Assembly: GCA_038064675.1 (NCBI GenBank)
Contig: JBBTSM010000008.1
Coordinates: 167-44,171 of the forward strand
Source: Patescibacteria group bacterium
Lineage (GTDB): Bacteria > Patescibacteriota > Patescibacteriia > UBA9934
Direction of reading: 5' to 3'
DNA length: 44,005 nucleotides
Part shown: piece by piece, positions 8,516 to 16,899 of the stretch
How positions within the stretch are numbered: the first letter of the stretch is position 1
How the letters are laid out: the number at the start of each line of letters is the position of its first letter
Notes under the pieces: generated by a model
What the model was told of the DNA's origin: nothing
The model's database searches: none
Seen by the model: the letters and a program-made list of their open reading frames with translations, nothing else
Program-made: the position numbers and the translations under genes

Positions 8516-10081
8516 CTAAAATCGCAATCGCTCATTCAGTGCGGACACGGCGCGAATCTCTGCCGGGCTCAAGCTTTCTTCACCGGCGCTACGGCGGCGC
8601 GTGGCGATTTCTGCAAGACCAACGCCTTGAGTAAGCGCGTCAGTCGTCATGAGCACATACAATTGATTCATCGGACTTTGACGCCACGCCTTCACACCCT
8701 TCACACGCTCTTCGTACGATTGCGATTCGATAGTTGAAAGAATATCCTCAATCTTCTGTGCTGCGTCTGCAGGAACCGTTGAAAGTCGTCGGAATTCCAC
8801 CGGCGTCATGGTCGCGAGCTCGTCAATAGGACCAACCAATCGTTTTACCGTTTGTACATCCGTCATCGGCCTCATCGTATGTTGTGGTGCGACAGAACCT
8901 ACCGTCAGCATCGGCTTCACTGGGACCGGCCTGCTCGCAACCGCAGCTTCCATGAGCTTCTCCTCCGGAATCGCCTGCGCTTGCTGAGCGGTCTCTTCCT
9001 TCACCGACCGCGCCAAACTCACCCGAGCATCCGGCAAAATCGGCTCAAGATGCTCCGACGATGCATCCTTGGTGATTGCCGCAAATCGCTTATCGAGAAC
9101 GTCATTTTTTGGTGGTGCGGATTGCTCCGTTTTGCCCACTGCCCCTTGCCCCTTGCCCTCCCCCGACGACACAACCTGCCTCGCCTTCTTCTCCGCCTCC
9201 TTCAACTCGCCCTTCCATGAATCATCGATATGACTCGTCGGCACAGGCGCTTTCGGCGCATTGATGATGGGAAGTTCCGAAGTAAGTTCGTGGGATGGGG
9301 AGAGCTCAAGAACTGTCCCGACCGCAGCGACCCCCTCCGACTCCCCCTTCGTAAGGGGGAGGGATGTCTCCGATTCTGATTTCGCAAACTGTTCTTCGAT
9401 TTCTTTTACCGCAACTTCGCCGCTGTTCACAGTTTCACCAACACCAAGTTGCCGACTTCCAGGCGCGCCCTGTTCCCCTCCACTAATCACATCAATCGTG
9501 TCTCGGCTTTCATCGATACCAGCAAGAAGCTTCTGCGCGAGTTCTGGTGACAATCCCAGGCCGCCGATCGTCTGGCCGCGCGAAAAAAATGTCAACGTGG
9601 ATTCCTTTGTTTTTTCCTTGTTCCAATATGCGTACAACAAGAATGCGCAACGTTTAATGAGCACTTCCGAAAAGTTCAGCTCCAATTTCTCATCGAGCTG
9701 CGCAGCAAATGTCTCTGCGCTCATCTTCGTTTTTCCAACACGTGATTTTGGATACTTACTCAAATCCCCTCCCCATTCAGTAATCTGCGCCGCGACACCA
9801 GGAATGTATTCTTCCAAAGGCAACAAACGGAATCCCACAACATCGCACGCAATTTTCTGTGCACGAGGAAGCTCAACGCCGAACGCCTCCGCAAGCATCG
9901 CCGGAAATTGGTCCACGGTTAACGCTCCGTCTAATACCGCGTCAGTCAAATCGAGCAACTCAATCGCACGATCCGTCGGCAGTGCAAACTTTTCCAGAAT
10001 AGCTCGAAACACGGTCATCACTGAGCCGTCTGCAAGGAATGCCTGTACTGGCGGAATTTTGATGAGGTCTGCAATGGCCAT
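8516..10081 (-). CDS. hypothetical protein (521 aa) embedded in the T4SS-like operon
   Basis: A long uninterrupted ORF with ATG at 10081, 6 nt after the VirB6-like stop and 16 nt before the PrgI-like start. It has a structured N-terminal region of about 200 aa, a low-complexity middle and a structured C-terminus. I recognise no family. Confidence 0.8.
   Translation of the reverse strand: MAIADLIKIPPVQAFLADGSVMTVFRAILEKFALPTDRAIELLDLTDAVLDGALTVDQFPAMLAEAFGVELPRAQKIACDVVGFRLLPLEEYIPGVAAQITEWGGDLSKYPKSRVGKTKMSAETFAAQLDEKLELNFSEVLIKRCAFLLYAYWNKEKTKESTLTFFSRGQTIGGLGLSPELAQKLLAGIDESRDTIDVISGGEQGAPGSRQLGVGETVNSGEVAVKEIEEQFAKSESETSLPLTKGESEGVAAVGTVLELSPSHELTSELPIINAPKAPVPTSHIDDSWKGELKEAEKKARQVVSSGEGKGQGAVGKTEQSAPPKNDVLDKRFAAITKDASSEHLEPILPDARVSLARSVKEETAQQAQAIPEEKLMEAAVASRPVPVKPMLTVGSVAPQHTMRPMTDVQTVKRLVGPIDELATMTPVEFRRLSTVPADAAQKIEDILSTIESQSYEERVKGVKAWRQSPMNQLYVLMTTDALTQGVGLAEIATRRRSAGEESLSPAEIRAVSALNERLRF
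9328..9368. repeat. palindromic repeat element, copy B, lying in-frame inside the 521-aa CDS
   Basis: GACCCCCTCCGACTCCCCCTTCGTAAGGGGGAGGGATGTCT has the same 10-bp stem and 3-nt loop as copy A (39 of 41 nt identical by my alignment). On the minus strand it is translated as TSLPLTKGESEGV within the disordered linker. Confidence 0.8.
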
Positions 10082-10087
10082 ACGGAA

Positions 10088-13000
10088 CTATGTTGTTGGC
10101 GGCGGCGTCGGAGGCCCAGGAGTGTACCGTGTTCCGACTGGCTCTCCCGATACTCGAGCGGCCCCCTCAGCTGCAGCAGCCGCACGAGCCGCGGCGCCAG
10201 CAGCACCACCGGCATCGCTATATGCTCTGGCTGCCTGTTCGGGTGATCCTGGAGGAGAAAGGAAGCGGGGATTAATCCGAGACGCTGGAGCTGTCGCAGG
10301 GCTTCCTCCTAATGATGGCCGGCGAACTGGAACAACAGGACGAGGAACCGAAGCATTGGCTGGTGTCGTCCCTGGGCCACGAGTCTGCGTAATGACCGGA
10401 GGGTTTGACGCTGGAGCTGGAGCTGGAGCAGTAGCTGCGGCAGCACCAACAACAGCACCCGCGGCGGCACCAACAGCGGCAGAGGCCCCACCGCTACCAC
10501 GCTGTGCATATCGGTCACCCGTTCCAAGCTCATCGGCGACACGTTTTAACGTCTTCTTTCGGTCATCCGACAAATCTGTTCTCCCCATTTCGGCATGAAC
10601 CGCACGCTCCATCGTCTTCAACGCCACTGCAGCGCGCGCTCCATCATCACCCCCACTCGAAGATGTGCTTTGCAATTTCTTTACCGCTTCAAGGTTCACC
10701 TTTGACGTCGCAAGAGCGGAAGCTGCATTCGCCGTGTTGCCAATAGCGCCATCAAGATGACGAACGCTCTTGGAATCCGCCTCGAGCATCGCCACCCCAC
10801 GCTGGTATTCGGCAGACTGCGGATCGGCTGCGGCCTGACTCATCGTAGAAACGAACGAATCTCCAAGAACACTGTTCGGATTAACCGCTGTCTCGATACC
10901 AGCGTCGTCGATCGCTCCATTCAACAATGAAGAAGCTGCGCTACCATAAACCTTCGCGCCATAATCCGCAGGAACAGACGATTTTACTGCCTCACGAACC
11001 GCATCTCGACGAGTAGTCCCAACGCCGTCTGCATCTGTTTTTGAAACCGCACCCGCTCTGACCAACGTTCCCATGCTCTGCTTCCGTGTTGCAGAATCAC
11101 GAATGCTTTCTGCAGTGATAGTACCAATCATGGCATCGCGCTGCTGAATAGTTCCCTTTCCATGAGAAACGACATCATCCCAAACGGTAATATCCTTACC
11201 CTTGTCATCACGACGAGAAACCTGCTTCTTATAGAACGCAAGCGTAGCAGGATCCTTAATGGATTCCGTGGAAAGCATTCCAAGATTCGCTCTACCGGTC
11301 TTCTCTTGCTCCGTCCAAACCTTCTTGCGCTCCTCGTCATCTTTCAGCAAGTGCATGTTTGCGAACTTCGAATCCTGGAAACGGTCCTTCTCGGCGTCGT
11401 CCATAAGATCCTTCCCTGCGCCATCCAAGAACTTCGCAGAATTTTGGAACAAAAGGTTGTGCTGTCTCTGCGCCTCAGTCTTCGCGCCAGCAGCGTCCAA
11501 AATGGCTCCAGTCACTGGATGCTTCGTTCCAACCAAAGACTTCTCCTGGTTTGCCTTAAATTTATCGCGACGCTTCTGATCTGTTCCGAAGTTCTTCAAG
11601 TACGCGTTCTTCTCGTCAGGAGGAAGCGACTCGAAAGAGTTGCCACCAATAGCGGCGGCTGCATCGATCCGTGCCATCTGGTCGTCTGTGCGATCCTTCA
11701 GTTGCTCTGCACCCAGTTTTGCATCGTCCTTCATGGTGTGCTTTGCGCCCTTCACGATATTCCCTCCAGCTGCGGCAACCGCATTTCCAGCCCACCCAAG
11801 ACCCTTAACACCAGCGGCGGCAGTCCCGGCTTTCGCCAATCCCATTCCAACACTCTTCGTAAAGCCCGGAGCGATTCCTGCCATATGCGCCGCACCCTTC
11901 TGTGCCTTATCGTTTACCCAGGCGCGCTCTTTTTTGAATCCTCCAGCGGCTCTAAATGGGCTCTTCCCAAGCCACTTCGCCATGCTCAAACCGTTCTTCT
12001 CACTCAACATGCTGCTCGCAAATCCACCCATGCCAGATGCCGCAGACGATGCCTGCTGCATACCGGCAAGAAGAATGGCGAGTGCAAGGAACATGCCCAA
12101 GAAGTTATCCAAAGAAAACATCTCCAGCGGAATACCAGCGTCCCCCTGAGAATCTGGCATTGGAAAATCTTCCGTCTGTGCAAGGTTCGATCCCGACGAC
12201 GCGGCGAGCGCGAGCCAGAGGAAGAACACCATCATCGGACCAAACGTCAGCGCGCTTGAAAACTTACTCCACCATTGTGTGTATGTTGATCCAGCGCTAT
12301 GGAATACGTCTTTCACCCCAATCATGAAAAACGCCATTGGCGACATGATGATGAGAATCCACAAAATGACGATGCGCCACACAAACGCCGCAGCAAGAAG
12401 GAACATCACGCCGAGAATTGCGAGCATCACAATGAACTGCAGATATGCGCCCATCAAAAATTCAAATGCCTCAAGGCCCGTTCCTGTCTCATTAATTTTA
12501 TCGATGAAATCGGATCCGAACTGACCAAAGGTATTCAAGCTTAGCATCGATGCAAAGTTTCCTGCGGCAATAGAAACAATAGCGTTCACAAACGTAAACA
12601 TCACCACCTGGCTAACATCAATCAAGAACCCGCAAATGAGCTTGCTGAAGTTCACTAAAACAATAGCGATGAAGAGCTTTGGCAACTGCTGGATCCAATT
12701 CGCCTTTTCGTATCCAATAATCGTCATGATCGCGATCACCATCAAAATAACCACCACGAACATATTCACCACATCCCGAACAAGTGACCAACCAAGGTTC
12801 GTAATGTGACTATTGTAAAAACCGTTGTAGCCAAGAACCGGAATTACCACGACCTGAATAATCAATAAAATCAGCTTTCCGACCGCACCGGTAATCACCT
12901 GAATGATTCCCGCTAGGGTAATCATTGTTGTATCAATTGGGTTGTTCAAGAATTGCGTGAAGAGTTCTCCACCAGCATGGGTGTAATGGAATGGAATGCC

Positions 13001-13093
13001 CAAAACCAGTACCGCCATCATCAGAGCGGTTACGGTTTTGTGTGTCGAGCACCAATTCGTGAATCGCCGAACAAGCTCCGTGAGCTTCCGCAT
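10088..13093 (-). CDS. VirB6/TrbL/TcpH-like polytopic membrane protein with a long soluble C-terminal extension and an Ala/Pro-rich tail
   Basis: About 8 TM helices lie in the first roughly 350 aa, followed by a hydrophilic region of about 600 aa. It is the first gene of the operon that contains VirB4 and PrgI-like genes. Start placed at ATG 13093 (MRKLTELV...), because the longer ORF to 13318 overlaps dprA. Confidence 0.65.
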   Translation of the reverse strand: MRKLTELVRRFTNWCSTHKTVTALMMAVLVLGIPFHYTHAGGELFTQFLNNPIDTTMITLAGIIQVITGAVGKLILLIIQVVVIPVLGYNGFYNSHITNLGWSLVRDVVNMFVVVILMVIAIMTIIGYEKANWIQQLPKLFIAIVLVNFSKLICGFLIDVSQVVMFTFVNAIVSIAAGNFASMLSLNTFGQFGSDFIDKINETGTGLEAFEFLMGAYLQFIVMLAILGVMFLLAAAFVWRIVILWILIIMSPMAFFMIGVKDVFHSAGSTYTQWWSKFSSALTFGPMMVFFLWLALAASSGSNLAQTEDFPMPDSQGDAGIPLEMFSLDNFLGMFLALAILLAGMQQASSAASGMGGFASSMLSEKNGLSMAKWLGKSPFRAAGGFKKERAWVNDKAQKGAAHMAGIAPGFTKSVGMGLAKAGTAAAGVKGLGWAGNAVAAAGGNIVKGAKHTMKDDAKLGAEQLKDRTDDQMARIDAAAAIGGNSFESLPPDEKNAYLKNFGTDQKRRDKFKANQEKSLVGTKHPVTGAILDAAGAKTEAQRQHNLLFQNSAKFLDGAGKDLMDDAEKDRFQDSKFANMHLLKDDEERKKVWTEQEKTGRANLGMLSTESIKDPATLAFYKKQVSRRDDKGKDITVWDDVVSHGKGTIQQRDAMIGTITAESIRDSATRKQSMGTLVRAGAVSKTDADGVGTTRRDAVREAVKSSVPADYGAKVYGSAASSLLNGAIDDAGIETAVNPNSVLGDSFVSTMSQAAADPQSAEYQRGVAMLEADSKSVRHLDGAIGNTANAASALATSKVNLEAVKKLQSTSSSGGDDGARAAVALKTMERAVHAEMGRTDLSDDRKKTLKRVADELGTGDRYAQRGSGGASAAVGAAAGAVVGAAAATAPAPAPASNPPVITQTRGPGTTPANASVPRPVVPVRRPSLGGSPATAPASRINPRFLSPPGSPEQAARAYSDAGGAAGAAARAAAAAEGAARVSGEPVGTRYTPGPPTPPPTT

Positions 13094-13101
13094 ACGAGAC
13101 G

Positions 13102-13122
13102 AAGTATACCATGCGTATACTT
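13102..13122. promoter_or_regulatory. 21-bp perfect palindrome AAGTATAC-CATGC-GTATACTT in the 58-bp divergent region between the T4SS-like operon and dprA
   Basis: Read directly: 8-bp arms and a 5-nt spacer, 9 nt from the VirB6-like ATG and 30 nt from the dprA ATG. The operator role is inference. Confidence 0.35.
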
Positions 13123-13151
13123 TTAGGACTTCCCCATTTTCAACCCACGTC

Positions 13152-14237
13152 ATGACGTCGCCATACACCATCGCCTTCGCAAATGTTCCGTACTTCGGTC
13201 CACGATCGAACGCGATTCTTTTTGAATACTTTGATGATCCAGAAAAAGCGTGGAACGCTGACATCGACGAGCTTATTGCATTCGGCATCAAACCACATGC
13301 TGCGTCGAGATTTTCCAACTTTCGAAAGCATCACGATCCATCTGAGTTTATCGAAACGATGGTGAAGCACGGCATTCGTGCCATCACGATTCGCGACGAC
13401 GAGTACCCTGCAATGCTCAAAACCATCCACACTCCACCCACATTATTGTTCATCAAAGGTGTACTCCCATCCATCAAAAAGAAACACCTCGCGATCGTTG
13501 GCTCTCGTCATGCGACGGCGTACGGAATCCGAATCGCGAAAAAACTTGCAGGCGAATGCGCAAACGCAGGGATTGTCGTCGTCAGCGGATTGGCATACGG
13601 GATTGATGAGGCTTCCCATCGAGGGACGCTTGATGCGAATGGAATTACCCTTGCCGTCCTTGGCTCTGGATTCCTCGGAATCGATAATCCGCGACATCAG
13701 AAACTCAGCGATGCGATCCTCAGAGGAGGAGGCGCGATGATTTCCGAATTTGGATTCACGATGCCGCCGCACTACTACAATTTTCCTATTCGGAATCGAA
13801 TCGTTGCGGGAATGTGCCACGGAACCCTTGCGATCGAAGCCGGAATTCCATCGGGAACACTCTTAACAACTACGTCTGCGACCAATGAGAATCGGGAGGT
13901 TTTTGCGATTCCCGGCATGATCGACTCCGCGATGAGCAAAGGAACCAACGAACTTCTCAAAAACGGCGCTCATCTCGTCACCGAAGCACGAGATATTTTC
14001 CTCGCCTTTGGCATGGACGTGGCACCCCAAGCCAGTGCCACTGCCTTTCTTCCCATTGGTCGGCCACCAGACGAGATTGCCCTCTTTGCCCAACTTGGTG
14101 CCGAACCGATTCATGTCGATACCGCTATCGAGAAGGCTGGACTATCAACCACCGCTGGATCTATAGCGCTCACGGGACTCGAACTCCTTGGAGTGATTGA
14201 GGATACTGGAGGGAAACAGTTTGTGAGAAAGAGCTAA
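13152..14237 (+). CDS. dprA: DNA-processing protein DprA
   Basis: Rossmann-like DprA core: LAIVGSRHATAYG, VVSGLAYGIDEASHRG, AVLGSG, FPIRNRIVAGM, LAIEAG..SGTL. Start placed at ATG 13152. Confidence 0.9.
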   Translation: MTSPYTIAFANVPYFGPRSNAILFEYFDDPEKAWNADIDELIAFGIKPHAASRFSNFRKHHDPSEFIETMVKHGIRAITIRDDEYPAMLKTIHTPPTLLFIKGVLPSIKKKHLAIVGSRHATAYGIRIAKKLAGECANAGIVVVSGLAYGIDEASHRGTLDANGITLAVLGSGFLGIDNPRHQKLSDAILRGGGAMISEFGFTMPPHYYNFPIRNRIVAGMCHGTLAIEAGIPSGTLLTTTSATNENREVFAIPGMIDSAMSKGTNELLKNGAHLVTEARDIFLAFGMDVAPQASATAFLPIGRPPDEIALFAQLGAEPIHVDTAIEKAGLSTTAGSIALTGLELLGVIEDTGGKQFVRKS

Positions 14238-14243
14238 AGGAAT

Positions 14244-14507
14244 CTGAACTGATCCTTTGACGAGGTTGTGACGGAGGAACGACGACGTTACTGGCGTGAG
14301 CGGCGAGGATGGTGTGCTCGGTTTTTCGATTCTCGAGTGTAAAGACCTCTTTACATACCTTTTTGCGATTTCATTGGGCTTTTTGATAACAAAAGTGTAA
14401 ACTCCTCTTTACACTCGCGGATTGCAGAATCGAGAACCCCCAAGTGCCGATCACGCCAACTTTTCGCATCCGCCCTCCCCTCCTACCCCGCTCAAAGGTT
14501 CAGTTTT
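14244..14507. repeat. 264-bp imperfect inverted repeat (long hairpin-capable element) filling the dprA-topA intergenic region
   Basis: The left arm 14244-14356 aligns by eye with the reverse complement of 14395-14507. Matching pairs are CTGAACTGATCCTTTGA / TCAAAGGTTCAGTTTT, TTACTGGCGTGAGCGGC / GCCGATCACGCCAA, TTCGATTCTCGAG / GAATCGAGAA, and the twin 20-bp boxes GTGTAAAGACCTCTTTACAT (14337-14356) and GTGTAAACTCCTCTTTACAC (14395-14414). Confidence 0.7.
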
Positions 14508-14572
14508 AGGCCCCGTTCAGGTTCCCCTCCCTCTGTTATCATGCTATCGTCCGCACCATTCCCCTCCTTTCT

Positions 14573-16852
14573 ATGTCCAAACTCCTCATCGTAGAGTCTC
14601 CAACCAAGGCCAAAACCATCACCAAATTCCTTGGAAAGGAGTACAAGGTCATCTCGTCATTTGGCCATATTCGCGACCTCCCAAAGAAGAGCACAGCAGT
14701 AGACGTCAAAAATGGGTTCGCACCAACCTACGAGATTCCCGTCGATAAGAAGGATAAAGTGAAGGCACTCAAAGATGCCGCAAAAGGCGTAGACGACATC
14801 TATCTCGCAACCGACGAAGACCGCGAAGGAGAAGCCATCGCCTGGCATATTGCCGAGGTTTTGAAGCTGGACCCGGCAACAGCAAAGCGCATCACGTTCC
14901 ACGAAATCACCAAATCCGCCATTGCCGAAGCACTCGACCATACCCGCCACATTGATATGCGGATGGTAGACGCGCAGCAAACTCGACGCATCCTCGACCG
15001 CCTCGTCGGCTACGAGCTCTCCCCGCTCTTGTGGAGCAAAGTGCAGCGAGGACTCTCTGCTGGCCGCGTGCAATCAGTCGCTGTCCGATTAGTTGTTGAG
15101 CGTGAACGTGAGCGCCAAGCATTCAAAACCGATGAGTACTGGAGCGTTGAAGCAATTCTCTCAAAATCAAACACCGAGTTTCCTACCAAACTTGTTGCAA
15201 TCGGCGACAGAAAGATTGACAAACTCGACATCACAACACAAGCGGAATCCGACGCCGTTGTTGCCGCGGTACGCGATGCGGATTTTGTCGTGAAGAGTAT
15301 TGAGAAAAAGGCAGCAAGCCGCAAAGCTCCAACGCCACTCACCACGTCAACGATGCAGCAAGAGGCGTACAACCGCCTTGGCATGAGCGCAAAACAAACG
15401 ATGACGCTTTCCCAGAAGCTCTACGAAACTGGTCGCATTACGTACATGAGAACAGACTCCACTAACTTGAGCGAACAGTTCATCGCCGCAACGCAGGAAT
15501 ACGTAAAGGCGCAGTGGGGCGAAACGTTCGTTACGGGCGGTATCCGATACCAAACCAGCAAGAAAGGCGCACAGGAGGCGCACGAGGCCATTCGTCCAAC
15601 CAACGTAAATGCAACGCCAGAAAGCCTTCGTTCCGAGCTCGAACCTGGCATGTGGAAACTGTACGATCTTCTTTGGCGCCGCACCGTTGCGTCGCAGTTG
15701 CCGAGTGCAAAGCTTGAGCGCACCGCAATCGATTTCACCGCAAACAATCACACGTTCCGCGGCAATGGCAGCATCGTCGTCTTTGAAGGCTTTATGAAAG
15801 TGTGGCAGGCATCGGAGGATAAAATCCTTCCAACACTCACTGAAGGCGAGAACATCGGCAAAGCCGTCAGCGTTACACCAGAACAACATTTCACCGAACC
15901 TCCAGCGCGCTATTCCGATGCGTCGTTGATTAAAATCATGGAAGAGTACGGCATTGGCCGCCCATCAACCTACGCGCCAACCTTGAACACTATTGAAACC
16001 CGAGGCTACGTGCTACGCGACGACGGAAAACGGCTGTATCCTTCCGACATCGCGTTCGTTGTTACCGATCTCTTGAAGGAGCATTTTCCGCAGATTGTCG
16101 ATTACGATTTCACGGCAAGCATGGAACGAAAGCTCGACCAGATTGCGGAAGGAGAGGAAAAGTGGAAGCAGGTGCTCGGCGATTTCTACGGCCCATTCCA
16201 CGAAGCGATCGTTGGTAAAGGCGCCGAACTGACTCGCGAAACCATCATGAAAGTGACGGAAATTGGCATCGATCCCGAAAGCGGGAAAATGATCGTGGCG
16301 CGTACTGGTCGCTTTGGTCCGTTCGTGCAAATCGGCGAGCTCTCGCCAGACAAGAATGCAGAGAAACCAAAGCGTGCGAGCCTAGAGAAGAATCAGACCA
16401 TCGACACGCTCACGCTCGAGCAAGCCCTGAAGCTCCTCTCACTCCCCCGCGTTCTCGGCAAACACACCAATGGGGACGAGATTGTGGCGAACGTTGGACG
16501 CTTTGGTCCGTATCTCAAATGCGGCGCGATCAACATCACGCTGCCGCCAGAACATCATCCAGCAACCGTTACTCTCGAAACCGCTATCGCGCTGTGTACC
16601 GAGGGCGTCGCAAAGAAAATCAAGGCGATGACGCCACTTGCGGAACTTGGTGTTGAGCCGGAAACGAAGGCGAATATCGTCATCAAAGATGGTCGCTACG
16701 GCGCGTATGTGACCGACGGGAAAACAAATGCAACGATTCCGAAGGGCACCGATCCTACGACCGTCACACTGCACGATGCAATCGATCTCCTTGTAAAAAA
16801 ACGCAAAGCACCGAAGAGCCGGTGGAAGCGCAAAGCATCGAATGATGAATAG
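14573..16852 (+). CDS. topA: DNA topoisomerase I
   Basis: TOPRIM N-terminus MSKLLIVESPTKAKTITKFLG. DEDREGE acidic motif. Active-site region ITYMRTDS. C-terminal repeats of the GRFGPF/GRYGAY type. Confidence 0.97.
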   Translation: MSKLLIVESPTKAKTITKFLGKEYKVISSFGHIRDLPKKSTAVDVKNGFAPTYEIPVDKKDKVKALKDAAKGVDDIYLATDEDREGEAIAWHIAEVLKLDPATAKRITFHEITKSAIAEALDHTRHIDMRMVDAQQTRRILDRLVGYELSPLLWSKVQRGLSAGRVQSVAVRLVVERERERQAFKTDEYWSVEAILSKSNTEFPTKLVAIGDRKIDKLDITTQAESDAVVAAVRDADFVVKSIEKKAASRKAPTPLTTSTMQQEAYNRLGMSAKQTMTLSQKLYETGRITYMRTDSTNLSEQFIAATQEYVKAQWGETFVTGGIRYQTSKKGAQEAHEAIRPTNVNATPESLRSELEPGMWKLYDLLWRRTVASQLPSAKLERTAIDFTANNHTFRGNGSIVVFEGFMKVWQASEDKILPTLTEGENIGKAVSVTPEQHFTEPPARYSDASLIKIMEEYGIGRPSTYAPTLNTIETRGYVLRDDGKRLYPSDIAFVVTDLLKEHFPQIVDYDFTASMERKLDQIAEGEEKWKQVLGDFYGPFHEAIVGKGAELTRETIMKVTEIGIDPESGKMIVARTGRFGPFVQIGELSPDKNAEKPKRASLEKNQTIDTLTLEQALKLLSLPRVLGKHTNGDEIVANVGRFGPYLKCGAINITLPPEHHPATVTLETAIALCTEGVAKKIKAMTPLAELGVEPETKANIVIKDGRYGAYVTDGKTNATIPKGTDPTTVTLHDAIDLLVKKRKAPKSRWKRKASNDE

Positions 16853-16853
16853 A

Positions 16854-16890
16854 AAACACGCGAGCCATTGCGGCTCGCGTGTTTCTTTTT
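16854..16890. terminator. bidirectional intrinsic terminator between the convergent topA and 1440-aa genes
   Basis: A 13-bp perfect stem AAACACGCGAGCC / GGCTCGCGTGTTT with a 5-nt loop. It is followed by CTTTTT on the plus strand and by TTTTCT on the minus strand. Confidence 0.8.
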
Positions 16891-16899
16891 CTCTTTCTT

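Noticed and set aside
9335-9360. LPLTKG, encoded by the palindromic repeat, considered as a sortase LPxTG signal.
   Set aside because: The sequence is L-P-L-T-K-G, not LPxTG. It sits mid-protein with no following hydrophobic segment or positively charged tail.
9261-10598. A 445-aa plus-strand ORF spanning the junction of the 521-aa gene and the VirB6-like gene.
   Set aside because: It is antisense to two well-supported genes. It has a Ser/Ala/Pro/Gly low-complexity composition typical of the reverse frame of Ala/Pro-rich coding sequence.
11162-12259. A 365-aa plus-strand ORF inside the VirB6-like gene. Similar long antisense ORFs occur at 17717-18571 (284 aa) and 41708-42613 (301 aa).
   Set aside because: All are antisense to much longer ORFs with coherent protein features. 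Their translations are Arg/Ser/Leu/Cys-rich with no motifs.
12996-13318. Mutually overlapping 5' extensions of the dprA ORF (from 12996) and the VirB6-like ORF (to 13318).
   Set aside because: Both extensions give non-protein-like sequence and overlap each other on opposite strands. The internal ATGs at 13152 and 13093 leave a sensible 58-bp divergent promoter region.
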